Below are positions 1-16,330 of a DNA stretch of 64,000 nucleotides, in pieces. Each line of letters opens with the position of its first letter. Position 1 is the stretch's first letter. Under the pieces are notes generated by a model. That model saw only the letters and a list, made by a program, of their open reading frames with translations, made no database searches and had not been told where the DNA came from. Source of the DNA: Octopus vulgaris (Eukaryota); the NCBI GenBank assembly GCA_951406725.2, contig OX597821.1, positions 18,166,001-18,230,000 of the forward strand, written 5' to 3'. A program made the translations under genes and the position numbers.

Positions 1-783
1 ACATACGAAAGGATATAAATAAGATACTTACATGCGCCCATGGAAAAAGCCGAAGCAAAAATCATGAGTACCCCAGATATATCTAAAAAATAAAATTCTT
101 TGGTCAGCCTCAGCACAACGTGTTGACTGTTCTCCACTACAGGTTATAGTTGTTACCAGTCCCTATAGCGAGTAGTAATAAGTCTGCTACTAATATAGGA
201 TGAAGTTTTTTTTTCTACAGAAAAAGAATTCCATCAAAAAATATGGCAGCATATTAAAATACCTTTACGGTTAAAATTATAAACAACTTATAAGTAAGTG
301 CTAAAGAAAATTATTTCAATGCCAATATGCTGATAACAGACTTTTAAATCGTCAATTTCCACATATTATTTACTCGCTACAGAAGAAAACACGAAGAACT
401 GAGATCGGGGAAGCCGGCCGATAGAATTTTTTTTTAATTTCTTTATTTCTATATTGAATCAATTTCGGAATTAATCTCATAAAAGATTATTTCCTCTTCA
501 GTAGAACATACGAAAGGATATAAATAAGATACTTACATGCGCCCATGGAAAAAGCCGAAGCAAAAATCATGAGTACATATAAGTACCCCATTTCTGTAGC
601 GAGTAAATAATATGTGGAAATTGAAGATTTAATAGTCTGTTATCAGCATATTGGCATTGAAATAATTTTCTTTAGCCCTTACTTATAAGTTGTTTATAAT
701 TTTAACCGTAAAGGTATTTTAATATGCTGCCACATTTCTTGATGGAATTCTTTTTCTGTAGCAAAAATAACTTCATCCTATAT
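1..783. repeat. Degenerate repeat with inverted arms (193-384 / 592-783) and a direct repeat (1-71 / 506-576), possibly a Penelope-like relic
   Basis: The arms are reverse complements with few mismatches, and ACATACGAAAGG...GAGTAC occurs twice. The family assignment rests only on the architecture. Confidence 0.6.
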
Positions 784-3029
<2,246 letters not shown>

Positions 3030-3031
<2 letters not shown>

Positions 3032-3388
3032 AAGATGGCGGTGGAAATAACACAGAAGTAAGTCTAAGATATTTCAATTTAAGAGGGAATTTAATAAAAA
3101 TGATTTTGAAAAAATATATAAAGAAAATAAAACCAGTTTTGACGAATCTCATCTTAACAAATAACAGTAAAAATTTATAAAAATTTGAAGTAAAAACAGT
3201 TTTCTACATGGGGGTAAACTATTTTTACTTGACATTTTTATAAATTTTTACTGATATTTGATAAGATAAGATTCATCGAAACCGGTAATATTTTCTGCAT
3301 ATAATTTTCAAAATAATTTTTATTAAATTCCCTCTTAAATTGAAATGGCTTAGATTTACTTCTGCAGTATTTCCACCGCCATCTTTTA
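3030..3388. mobile_element. MITE-like fold-back element (about 155-bp imperfect TIRs, about 45-bp spacer) in TA context
   Basis: AAAGATGGCGGTGGAAATA... at the left is mirrored by ...TATTTCCACCGCCATCTTT at the right; TA runs flank both ends. Confidence 0.7.
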
Positions 3389-3854
3389 TATATAAAAATT
3401 TGATTTGTATAGATCTCTAATCTTTTTTCAACTATAATATATATATCTCTATATATAAAACTGAAATGCCTTTTTACCGCTTGGTTCGCTTTCAATGCCA
3501 CTACATCCCGTCCGATTCGATCCAAAATTTACAGGGACATGTAGAATGAGGTGACGATGCGCGTGGGCTACCTTAGAAATCCCTATCTTAAAAGCTGTGG
3601 TTTCTAGGGGCCATCTTCCTACCTCACCCTATTTCCTCCAGTACTCTGTCACTCCTCTTCATTTATAACTTTCAGAATGCCACTACTGTTATTTAAAGTA
3701 TCTGTCACTATCGCTATTTCCTTTCTTTTTCACTGACTCTGTTTCCTACCTTCCTATCACTTCGGCGGCGTTCTTTGAAGTATATGTCTGTCACCAACAA
3801 TCAACACACGAGCATGAGAACAAATATTATGAATCAGATATTCTTGCGTTCATT

Positions 3855-3897
<43 letters not shown>

Positions 3898-4206
3898 TCT
3901 ATATATATATGTATATATAATGTATGTGTGTGTGTGTTCTATATATAAATATGTATATATAATGTATGTGTGTGTGTGTGTTCTATATATATAAATATGT
4001 ATATATAATGCATGTGTGTGTGTGTGTTCTATATATAAATATGTATATATAATGTATATATACAAAGTGTATATATCTGTATTTATGTATATTAAACTTT
4101 TTCATACTTTTTCATAGTTATATATATTTTTAAACAAATTATAAATATAATTTCATAATTTTTATTTTCAATTTAAATAATTTAAAGTTTTCAATTTTAT
4201 ATTTTA

Positions 4207-4708
4207 CTAGCAGTATCGCCCGGCGTTGCTCGGGTTTGTAAGGGAAATAACTATATAAGCATTTTTAGTGAGTTATAGCAAAAAAAATAGCAAAAAATGC
4301 ATTAAAGACGGAATAAAAAATGATAGTAATTTCTTTTTTAAATCGTTGACTCATCGTAGACATTTTTACAGAGTTACTTCCCTTATATAATAGCGAAAAA
4401 TGCATTAAAATGGAATAAAAAAATGATGGTAATTTTTTTTTTAATCGTTGACTCATCGTAGACATTTTTAGAGAGTTACTTCCCTTATATAATAGCGAAA
4501 AATGCATTAAAATGGAATAAAAAATTATGGTAAATTTTATTTTAAATCGTAGACTCATCGTAGACGCGCGCTAATACCCAGAAGGGCTCGATATGAATCA
4601 CGACTATAAGATACCCGGTTTTGGTTACACTGGACCGCAAAATGTGGGAGTAGTTAGGAATCTAAATCGTAGGAGACAGACACACAACCTTACTTTTATA
4701 TATAAAGA
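4207..4708 (-). mobile_element. Short non-autonomous Helitron, family A, nested in family B (partial second copy at about 5007-5204)
   Basis: Minus strand starts A|TCTTTATATATAAAAG and ends with hairpin CCCG-AGCAACGC-CGGG then CTAG|T; has internal tandem subrepeats. Confidence 0.85.
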
Positions 4709-5349
4709 TTTGTGCAACAACTAAAACATTCGGTTGTGCAAATTGTTTGCACAGGAAACCTGCCCTGTGTGGCGGTTTTTGCCGTTTTTGTGGATCTGTT
4801 TCAGCTTTTTTAGCGATTTCTGTTTTGGCGACTTCAAGCCATGAAGTCGTTGTTCTAAAAGAACGCTGGTCTCCTTCACAACGCATTACGACGTTGATTT
4901 CCTTACACTCCCTTCCCCACAGCTTCACGAGGGAGGGAAGAAGGGGGAGAAGCAACACAGGTGCAGGCGTGAGCGTGGACGCCAACTCCGCCGCCATCGA
5001 CACACGAAAAAATATGCATTAAAATGGAATAAAAAATGATGTTAAATTATTTTTAAAATCGTACACTCATCGTAGACGCGCGCTAATACCCAGACGGGCT
5101 CGATATGAATCACGACTATAAGATACCCGAATTTGGTTAAACTGCACCGCAAAATTTGGGAGTAGTTAGGAATCTAAATCGAAGGGGACAGACACTCACA
5201 CAACTAGTTATATTTTCTATGTTATATTTTCTTTTTTTATGTTTTTGTTTTTGGTTTTTCACTGTTTCATTTGCCTATTAGTGGTTTTATCTCTAATTTA
5301 ATTTATACAGATATATATCTCATTTGTATACATTTGTATATATAATGCG

Positions 5350-5397
<48 letters not shown>

Positions 5398-6221
5398 CAC
5401 ATATATATATGTGTGCATTACGTAGTCGGTCGATTCACCTGAAAATATGCACACCTATGTTAAAGGTGCTGACAAGTTTGCATGACAACTATTTTGTTCC
5501 TCAAATGAAAGGCGTCACCTCTAGGACAAAATTCCTCATCTTATAAAATGTGGCCCCAGTAGACCCGAATGAAATCGGGTTATATTAACCAAAATGTGAA
5601 AAGGGGTCTAAATGGGGCTGGAAGGGGATTAAAATTTCAAAGAGTGGGTGTTTAGCAATTCTCTGTTGCATCAAGCTAAAAAATTTGCGCCAGCCTTTTA
5701 ATCGTCAATGTGTTGCCGTCCATGATAAAGAAGTTTTGAATGCTTGCCATGGTGAGTCTACTGTCGTGAGAAAGAATCACTTCAAAAATTGGTGTTTACG
5801 AATTTTCTTTTACATCAAGTTCAAAATTTTACGCCAGCCGTTAAACTGTCAATACGTTGCTGTCCGTCGTTAACAAATGCCAGCCATGGTGACTCTACTA
5901 TCCTCAGATTCTATCCCTTCAAACTTTGGTTTCCAATATTTTATTACTTTTATTCAGCTCGCAAGTTCGTCTGTCCCTTTTGAATGTTAGCGTTTTGCTG
6001 TCTGCCTCGAAGCAGACCTTTCCATTGCCACTGCCTCATATTTCTGATTGATCTTTCTAAATATTTTATTTCTCAACTTACTCAAGATCTTCTGTTGTTT
6101 AGAAATGGGAGAGAGATAGATAAAGATAGAGAGTAAGAGAACGCGAGGGAGAGTCAGAGAGAAAAGAAAAGTAAGAGAGTGGGAAAGTGAGAGAGAAAGG
6201 AGAGAGAAATAAATACGGAGA

Positions 6222-6533
6222 ATCATCATCATCATCATCGTTTCACGTCCGTTTTCCGTGCTAGCACGGGTTGGGCAGTGTGACCGGGGTCTCGGGAGCC
6301 AGGAGGCTGCACCAGGCTCCAGTCTGATCTGGCAGTGTTTCTACATGTGGATGACCTTCCTAACGCCAACCACACTATGAGTGTAGTGAGTGCTTTTTTC
6401 GTGCCGCCGGCACTGGTGCCAGGGGGGCTCGCAGTGGCAACGATCGGTTGGTGCTTTTTACGTGCCACCAGCACAGAAGCAAGTCAAGGCGGTGCTACAA
6501 TCGGCCACGTTCGGATGGTGCTTTTTACGTGCT
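6222..6533 (-). mobile_element. RTE LINE 3' UTR fragment carried inside Helitron B (also at about 8597-8913 and 13157-13470)
   Basis: Reverse complement matches the RTE 3' end at 40600-40970: CACGTAAAAAGCACC repeats, GGCGTTAGGAAGG and a (GAT)n tail. Confidence 0.8.
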
Positions 6534-6600
6534 GAAAGGAAGCAACAGAAAGTAACACCCACGCTCTTACCCGCGCGTAGAGCGGGTCACCTTCAGCTAG

Positions 6601-8982
6601 TCTCTATATATAAAACTGAAATGCGTTTTTACCGCTTGGATCGCTTTCAATGCCACTACATCCCGTCCGATTCGCTCCAAAATTTACAGGGACATGTAGA
6701 ATGAGGTGACGATGCTCGTGGGCTATCTTAAAAGGTGTGGTTGCTAGGGGCCATCTTCCTCACTCACCCTATTTCCTCCAGTACCCTCTCACTCCTCTTC
6801 ATTTCACAAGTCCACTCCAGTTATTTAATGTAAAGTCTTCCTCAAATCACTCTCTCGCTATTTACTCTCTCCCAAGAACATTTTCACTCACTCTTATCTC
6901 TTAGCTTCCTATACATTTTACTCATGTATCTATCAGCGTTCATAGACAGAAACAAATATTACATCGCTATCGCCATCGCCATCGCATTCTATTGTCTACC
7001 TGTCAACACACACACACATATATACATATATCTAATATTATATTTTTATTTTTATGTTTTTGTTTTTGATTTTTTACTGTTTCATTTCCCTATTAATAGT
7101 TTTATCTCTAATTTAATTTCTACAGCGTGCACACACACACACACACACCTATATGTGGCCCCAGTACACCCGAATGAAATCGGGTTCTCTTCATCAAAAT
7201 GTGAAAAGGGGTCTACAATTATCATCGCCACAACTTATGTATGTCTTCCTCACTCACTCACTCTTTTTCCTAATGATAATTATCATCGCCACCACCAACA
7301 CCACCAACACACAATCATGACAATCTTTCTCTTAAAACAAATCATGTTTACATTGCAAAATATTTCATTTTCCCGTCCTCTCTTTCATATATCACCTTTT
7401 CTTTCTCGAGCTCTCTTTTTTCGCCGTCTCTATTTATTCTACAACGAGTCTATCAATGACAGCCGCAAAAGTTTCAATATTCCTACTTCACCTCTTTCAG
7501 AAACGCCACAGATATTATTATTTTTTTGCCGGGGTTAAAGCCCACTACATCCCGTCGGATTCACTCCAAAATTTACACCTTCTCTTTCTACCTCTAACTC
7601 CCATTCAATTTCTCTTTATCTCCATTCTTAAAGATAATTATCATCGCCACTACCAACAACAACACACAATCTGGACAATCTTTCTCTTATAACAAATCAT
7701 GTTTACATTGCAACGACGTCTGCCACCTCCGCCGTCTCTATTTATTCTGCAAATGACCAGAACTCGGGAAACTTGGTTGAGTGTCCTATGGTCTATGACC
7801 AGAACTCGGGAAACTTGGTTGAGTGTTCTATGGTCTATGACCAGAACTCGGGAAACTTGCTTGACTGTTCTATGGTCTATGACCAGAACTTGGGAAACTT
7901 GGTTGAGTCCTCATCTTATAAAATGTGGCCCCAGTAGACCCAAATGAAATCGGGTTATATTAACCAAAATGTGAAAAGGGGTCTAAATGGGGCTGGAAGG
8001 GGATTAAAATTTAAAGGAGCGGGTGTTTAGCAATTCTCTGTTACATCAAGCTAAAAAATTTGCGCCAGCCTTTTAATCGTCAATGTGTTGCCGTCCATGA
8101 TGAAGAAGTTTTGAATGCTTGCCATCGTGAGTCTACTGTCGTGAGAAAGAATCAATTCAAAACTTTGTTTTGGGGGATTTTCTTTTACATCAAGTTCAAA
8201 ATTTTACGCCAGCCGTTGAACTGTCAATACGTTGCTGTCCGTCGTTAACAAATGCCAGCCATGGTGACTCTACTATCCTCAAATTCTATCCCTTCAAACT
8301 CTGGTTTCCAATATTTTATTATTTTTATTCAGCTCGCAAGTTCGTCTGTCCCTTTTAAATGTTAGTGTTTTGCTGTCTGTCTTGAAGCAGACCTTTCCGT
8401 TGTTACTGCCCGATATTTATGATTGATCTTTCTAAATATTTTATTTCTCAACTTACTCAAGATCTTTTGTTGTTTATAAATGGGAGAGAGATACATAAAG
8501 ATAGAGAGTAAGAGAAAGCGAGGAAGAGTCCGAGAGAAAGGAAGAGTAAGAGAGTGGGAAAGTGAGAGAGAAAGGAGAAAGAAACAAAGAGGGAGAATCA
8601 TCATCATCATCATCATCATCGTTTAACGTCCGTTTTCCGTGCTAGCACGGGTTGGACAGTTTGACAGGGGTCTAGGTAAGCCAGGAGGCTGCACCAGGCT
8701 CCAGTCTGATCTGGCAGTGTTTCGACAGGTGGATGCCCTTCCTAACGCCAACCACTCTGTGAGCGTAGTGGGTGCTTTTTTCGTGCCGCCTGCACAGGTG
8801 CCAGGGGGGCTGGCAGCGGCCACGATCGGTTGGTGCTTTTTACGTGCCACCAGCACTGAAGCCAGTCAAAGCGGCGCTGCAATCCGCCACATTCGGATGG
8901 TGCTTTTTACGTGCTGCAAGGAAGCAACAGAAAGTAACAACCACACTCTTACCCGCGCGTAGAGCGGGTCACCTTCAGCTAG
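6601..8982 (+). mobile_element. Composite non-autonomous Helitron, family B subtype 2, copy 2
   Basis: Starts TCTCTATATATAAAACTG directly after the CTAG of copy 1; same 3' hairpin and CTAG at 8979-8982; different interior. Confidence 0.85.
7753..7908 (+). repeat. 42-bp minisatellite (about 3.7 copies) inside Helitron B subtype 2 (also at 50422-50577)
   Basis: Unit ATGACCAGAACTCGGGAAACTTGGTTGAGTGTCCTATGGTCT, repeated head to tail. Confidence 0.9.
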
Positions 8983-8989
8983 TATATAT

Positions 8990-10288
8990 TGTTACGGAAT
9001 CACCCGTCGTCGCCCGTCCCGAACGGCTCACACACAAGTTCCGCCACGGAACCCAAAGAGGCGGAGACAGGAGATACAGATAGATACTGCCACAACCTCA
9101 ACAGCACAGAGATACGGAGGCACAACCCGAGATACAACCCAAAGAGGCAAGGCAACAACTGGCAACACTGGCTTATATTCAAACAACAGTTTATACGACA
9201 ATCAATTGCTACACATCAAATACATTTAAGGCAAACAACAAATCAATACATCATACGGTATACCACAGATCAAAGCATTTAACAACATGCATGTAACAAT
9301 ATAACAGTGTTCAGTAACGACACAACAAGTCCAGATCAAATAATATTCACGATACGTCACAGTCCAATCAGAACACTTCGATACATTATACAATGTTCGT
9401 ATCACAACAATTCACGTTACAATTCAACAAGTCCTTTACTCAATTCACAATGTTCTTTATCGACCACATCGACAGAGTCCTTGACTGTTCTTTTTAAACA
9501 CCACAGATTAAGTCACATCAACACATACCTCAATTCCTAACTGAATCGCCAGTGTCCCATTCTGCACTCATCTCTTAATACTGCTAAATCCTCTGAATAC
9601 TCTGCTAATTCCCCTCTGTGCATATTCCAATCGCTTGCTCCTAGGCCTCCTCGCATCCCAGCTCGCTCCCAGGAATTCCAACGCTTGCTCCTTAAATCCA
9701 AGGTTCCATCCACTCGCTCTGACCTCCAGAGTCCGTCTGTGTTCTTCGACGACTGCTCAACGACTGCCCTTCTTGACGACCAGCTACCAACTACCCAGAT
9801 CCGTCCTTCCTGACGACCAACTGCGAACTGCCAGACCTCACTTCGTCTCTGTCCTTCTTCCACTGCCTCAGTCTCCCTCTGTCTATATCGCTCCTACCCT
9901 TTCTAACTGCTCTCTGATTCCTTACTCTATCTATATCGCCTCAATCCCTTAGCCTCTCTATCTGTCCCTTACTGCTTATCCTTTCTATTTGCCCTCTGCT
10001 CTTACTCTATCGCTATCGCCTGCCAGACTCTTAGCCTCTCCATCCGTCCCTTACTGCTTATACTCTATCTCTATTTGCTCTCAGCCCTTAATCTGTCTTC
10101 CTCTCTCACATTCTCACTGACCCTTTTCTCAACCGCACGAGGTCACAGGTCATTCCAAAACCCATTAGTCCTCCATTAGACAAAAGACTGTCACATTTTC
10201 ACCAGACATACTGGAACCATATCCACGATGTGGGTCACCAGAAACACTACACTAATTAAACCCGAAATGCACTTAGCCAACCGTAACA
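8990..10288. mobile_element. Probable solo LTR (Gypsy-like), about 1.3 kb
   Basis: TG...CA ends with an 8-bp terminal inverted repeat TGTTACGG/CCGTAACA; 4-bp TSD ATAT (8986-8989, 10289-10292); no recognisable coding sequence. Confidence 0.7.
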
Positions 10289-10297
10289 ATATCTTCT

Positions 10298-10683
10298 TCT
10301 CTATATATAAAACTGAAATGCATTTTTACCGCTTGGATCGCTTTCAATGCCACTACATCCCGTCCGATTCGCTCCAAAATTTACAGGGACATGTAGAATG
10401 AGGTGACGATGCTCGTGGGCTACCTTAGAAATCCCTATCTTAAAAGGTGTGGTTGCTAGGGGCCATCTTCCTCACTCACCCTATTTCCTCCTTTCCCTCT
10501 CTTACTCCTCTTCATAACTTTCAGAAGTCCATTACCGTTATTTAAAGTATCTGTCACTATCGCTATTTCCTTTCTTTTTCACTGACTCTGTTTCCTACCT
10601 TCCTATCATTTCTTCATATGTCTGTCACCAACAAACAACACACGAGCATGAGAAATTATGAATCAGATATTCTTGCGTTCATT

Positions 10684-10716
<33 letters not shown>

Positions 10717-12294
10717 TCTATATATAAATATGTATATATAATGTATGTGTGTGTGTTCTATATATAAATATGTATATATAATGTATATGTGTGTGTGTGT
10801 GTTCTATATATAAATATGTATATATAATGTGTGTGTGTGTGTTCTATATATAAATATGTATATATAATGTATGTGTGTGTGTGTTCTATATATAAATATG
10901 TATATATAATGTATGTGTGTGTGTGTTCTATATATAAATATGTATATATAATGTATGTGTGTGTGTGTGTGTGTGTTCTATATATAAATATGTATATATA
11001 ATGTATATATACAAAATGTATATATCTGTATTTATGTATATTAAACTTTTTCATACTTTTTCATAGTTATATATTTTTTAAACAAATTATAAATATAATT
11101 TAATAATATTTATTTTCAATTTAAATAATTTAAAGTTTTCAATTTTATATTTTACTAGCAGTATCGACCGGTGTTGCTCGGGTTTGTAAGGGAAATAACT
11201 ATATAAGCATTTTTAGTGAGTTATAGCAAAAAAATAGCAAAAAATGCATTAAAAATGGAATAAAAAATGATAGTAATTTTTTTTTAAATCGTTGACTCAT
11301 CGTAGACATTTTTAGAGAGTTACCTCCCTTATATAATAGCGAAAAATGCATTAAAATGGAATAAAAAATGATGGTAATTTTTTTTTAATCGTTGACTCAT
11401 CGTAGACATTTTTAGAGAGTTACTTCCCTTATATAATAGCGAAAATGCATTAAAATGGAATAAAAAATGATGGTAATTTTTTTTTAAATCGTAGACTCAT
11501 CGTAGACGCGCGCTAATTCCCAGAAGGGCTCGATATGAATCACGACTATAAGATACCCGGTTTTGATTACACTGCACCGCAAAATGTGGGAGTAGTTAGG
11601 AATCTAAATCGTAGGAGACAGACACACAACCTTACTTTTATATATAAAGATTTGTGCAACAACTAAAACATTCGGTTGTGCAAATTGTTTGCACAGGAAA
11701 CCTGCCCTGTGTGGCGGTTTTTGCCGTTTTTGTGGATCTGTTTCAGCTTTTTTAGCGATTTCTGTTTTGGCGACTTCAAGCCATGAAGTCGTTGTTCTAA
11801 AAGAACGCTGGTCTCCTTCACAACGCATTACGACGTTGATTTCCTTACACTCCCTTCCCCACAGCTTCACGAGGGAGGGAAGAAGGGGAGAAGCAATACA
11901 GGTGCAGGCGTGAGCGTGGACGCCAACTCCGCCGCCATCGACACACGAAAAAATATGCATTAAAATGGAATAAAAAATGATGTTAAATTATTTTTAAAAT
12001 CGTAGACTCATTGTAGACGCGCGCTAATACCCAGACGGGCTCGATATGAATCACGACTATAAGATACCCGAATTTGGTTAAACTGCACCGCAAAATGTGG
12101 GAGTAGTTAGGAATCTAAATCGAAGGGGACAGACACTCACACAACTACAGTTATATTTTCTATGATATATTTTCTTTTTTTATGTTTTTGTTTTTGGTTT
12201 TTCACTGTTTGATTTGCCTATTAGTGGTTTTATCTCTAATTTAATTTATACAGATATATATCTCATTTGTATACATTTGTATATATAATGCATG

Positions 12295-12326
<32 letters not shown>

Positions 12327-13537
12327 CACATATATATATATATAATGTGTGCATTACGTAGTCGGTTGATTCAGCTACAAATATGCACACCTATGTTAAA
12401 GGTGCTGACAAGTTTGCATGACAACTATTTTGTTCCTCAAATGAAAGGCGTCACCTCTAGGACAAAATTCCTCATCTTATAAAATGTGATCCCAGTAGAC
12501 CCGAATGAAATCGGGTTATATTAACCAAAATGTGAAAAGGGGTTTAAATGGTGCTGGAAGTGGATTAAAATTTAAAGGAGCGGGTGTTTAGCAATTCTCT
12601 GTTACATCAAGCTAAAAAATTTGCGCCAGCCTTTTAATCGTCAATGTGTTGCCGTCCATGATAAAGAAGTTTTGAATGCTTGCCATGGTGAGTCTACTGT
12701 CGTGAGAAAGAATCACTTCAAACCTTGGTGTTTACGAATTTTCTTTTACATCAAGTTCAAAATTTTACGCCAGCCGTTGAACTGTCACTACGTTGCTGTC
12801 CGTCGTTAACAAATGCCAGCCATGGTGACTCTACTATCCTCAGATTCTATCCCTTCAAACTTTGGTTTCCAATATTTTATTATTTTTATTCAGCTCGCAA
12901 GTTCGTCTGTCCCTTTTAAATGTTAGCGTTTTGCTGTCTGCCTTGAAGCAGACCTTTCCATTGCCACTGCCTGATATTTCTGATTGATCTTTGTAAATAT
13001 TTTATTTCTCAACTTACTCAAGATCTTCTGTTGTTTATAAATGGGAGAGAGATAGATAAAGATAGAGAGTAAGAGAAAGCGAGGGAGAGTCCGAGAGAAA
13101 AGAAAAGTAAGAGAGTGGGAAAGTGAGAGAGAAAGGAGAGAGAAATAAATACGGAGAATCATCATCATCATCATCGTTTAACGTCCGTTTTCCTTGCTAG
13201 CACGGGTTGGACAGTTTGACCGGGGTCTCGGAAGCCAGGAGGCTGCACCAGGCTCTAGTCTGATCTGGCAGTGTTTCTACAAGTGGATGACCTTCCTAAC
13301 GCCAACCACTCTGTGAGTGTAGTGGGTGCTTTTTTCGTGCTGCCAGCACAGGTGCCAGGGAGGGCTCGCAGCGGCAACGATCGGTTGGTTCTTTTTACGT
13401 GCCACCGGCACAGAAGCAAGTCAAGGCGGCGCTGCAATCGGCCACGTTCGGATGGTGCTTTTTACGTGCTGCAAGGAAGCAACAGAAAGTAACAACCACA
13501 CTCTTACCCGCGCGTAGAGCGGGTCACCTTCAGCTAG
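10298..13537 (+). mobile_element. Composite non-autonomous Helitron, family B subtype 1, copy 3
   Basis: Same termini and interior as 3446-6600; CTAG at 13534-13537. Confidence 0.85.
11155..11650 (-). mobile_element. Helitron family A nested in Helitron B copy 3
   Basis: Same termini and same flanks as 4207-4708. Confidence 0.85.
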
Positions 13538-13544
13538 TATATAT

Positions 13545-14104
<560 letters not shown>

Positions 14105-14294
14105 GATGAGTGTATTTTACCTTGTTAACAATTAACACGGATAAATGAATGAATAGTTACCAGGGCAGCAAAAATCTCACAAGTAAAGATGTTGTAACTC
14201 CTTGTTTATAAAGGTTGAAACTTCGTATTTACGTTGAATATTTGAATAATATGAATAAAAAATGGAGTTAACGCAGGTTTAAACAAGTATTTTT

Positions 14295-14381
14295 ACTTTC
14301 TACATATGTTTCAAAAATTCCACTGATACTTATTCAAAAGAATAAAAGGTATAAACAATTCAATCTTCTCTTCGGGAAAGT
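14295..14381 (-). ncRNA. Type I hammerhead ribozyme motif in pseudo-LTR (inverted copy of 16921-17007)
   Basis: ACUUUC-CCGAAGA-GAAGAUU..AAUUUUU-GAAAC-AUAU-GUA-GAAAGU. Confidence 0.75.
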
Positions 14382-14584
14382 GAAAAAACGAAACTTGTCA
14401 ATACGACATTTTAGCAAAAAATGATGGATTCGTAAAGCGATAGACAGAACGCTATTAATATTGTTTAAAAAAACGTTATATGATACAACGTCATAAGTAG
14501 CTAACAGAAAGAGTAGGGATATTAATAGTGAATGTTAAATATAAAGGAAATTAAAGTCTAAACTATATATAATGATAGAGACTA

Positions 14585-16157
14585 CTTATATGCACTAGAA
14601 GTATGTTTCTGCCAATGCTTACATCTGTATGCTCGTTCTATAACCGTGTTTACTAGAGTATTTTTAGAAAAAATAATGAAAAATAGCTCAGAATTGCAGA
14701 GAAGACAGAATTTCTTGCCTTTGTCATATGGTATCGAAATTGAGAGGATCAACCATTCTAAATGAAATAGTTCATTGTGGTCTTTTAAATCCCAAATCAG
14801 TTTGCTGAGACCGGTACTATTCCGTTTATTTCTATCCCTAAATGTTGAGTAATGGATAGAAATTCTCTTAGATAACTAACGATGTGCTTCCAATGTAAAA
14901 TCGTACTTTATTACGTGTACTGATTATACATTGGTATATAGAATTTTTAATCTTAGAGTTACTTGACATAAATTTAATTCTATTGGGATTGACTTCAGAT
15001 ACGATAACCTTGTTATTAATATTTTTAGAGGGTTGAATGGTAGTAGCTAAATTAATGTTAGTGTTAGTAAATGTATTAATATTTAACAGTTTGTTATTAT
15101 GAGAAGATATAATTTGCAAGAGATTTTTTGTGTTTGAAAAACCTATCCTAACCTTATGTGAATTAATTATAGAGTAATATCTAGAATTATTTGGAAAATT
15201 CCTAGCAATAGCTTGACGAAACAGCAGTGGGAGATTAGATTTAATTTGTCTCCCGTAAGGAATTATTAACCAAATATTCTTACTAGTATTCATAGCGTAA
15301 TTACTTTTGAAGGTGTTATATTTACTTTTAGATCGGTAATAGGAGAATAAATAAGGGTTATCTGCCTTCATTCGCTCTGTATCGGTGCGTAAGTTATGTT
15401 TGTTATCAATAATTCTTTTACGACTAGAAATCTTATCTACATTATTGAATTTACAATTAGACTGAGCAGAATCAATGTAGAAATTTTTTTCTGTATAACC
15501 TGCTTTGATTAAGGCAGAGTTATAGAATTCAGCGTTATTATTGAAAATATCAACATTAGTAGATAATTTAGATAATCTAAATGAAATATTCTTAACTAAA
15601 TTCTTAGTAATTGCTCCAGGATGATTACTAAATTTGCTAATGTACTTAAGATTGGTCAACGGTTTATGATATGGGAAGTAAGAGTCACTGTGTAAATTAA
15701 GCGTATTATCTAAAAAGTTGGCCTTCGTCAGATCGTCATCAAAAACGATTTTTAAGCCCATTCTACTGAAAAAATTAACTAAACTGTTCTTAACTTTTTG
15801 TACCTTTTGGTTGGAAACATTTTGGAGGTAAAGTAAACAATCATCACGATATAGACCTCCATAAATGTTAGGGAACTCTTCAGCCATTTCAAAAAGAATA
15901 TATATACAGACCAAATCAGCTATCTGTGCTGAATCAGAACTTCCCATAGGTATATCGAAACTATCTGGTGTGTCTTTACGGACCCACAACTTATCATCAA
16001 ATTTAATAATAGATCTTCTGGCTGCCAACACAACATTAATTTCTTCTCGGGTGAGACCAGCTTTGTTATGAGCAAGCCAAAGTGCCTTATTAAGTACTAT
16101 TGGATTAATAGACGAATAAAAATTGGAAATATCAAACTGGATAAACTTCGTACTCAC
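14585..16157 (-). pseudogene. Penelope RT + GIY-YIG endonuclease ORF (5' truncated, frameshift near 14870)
   Basis: Motifs FDISNFYSSI, PMGS, LYRDD, YHKP...YI...SNHP, IYQC...FYIGST. Confidence 0.9.
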
Positions 16158-16330
16158 CTTACTGTTAATAGACCTAAACCAGTCAAATTGTATCTTCTCA
16201 TAATAACAAACTGTTAAATATTAATACATTTACTAATACTAACATTAATTTAGCTACTACCATCCAACCCTCTAGAAATATTAATAACAAGGTTATCGTA
16301 TCTGAAGTCAATCCCAATAGAATTAAATTT

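Larger units (their letters stand above)
3446..6600 (+). mobile_element. Composite non-autonomous Helitron, family B subtype 1, copy 1
   Basis: 5' A|TCTCTATATATAAAACTG; 3' hairpin ACCCGC-GCGTAGA-GCGGGT followed by CTAG; no TSD. Confidence 0.85.

Noticed and set aside
7753-7908. 42-bp repeats resembling a CRISPR array
   Set aside because: Units are contiguous with no unique spacers, there are no cas genes, and the context is a eukaryotic Helitron.
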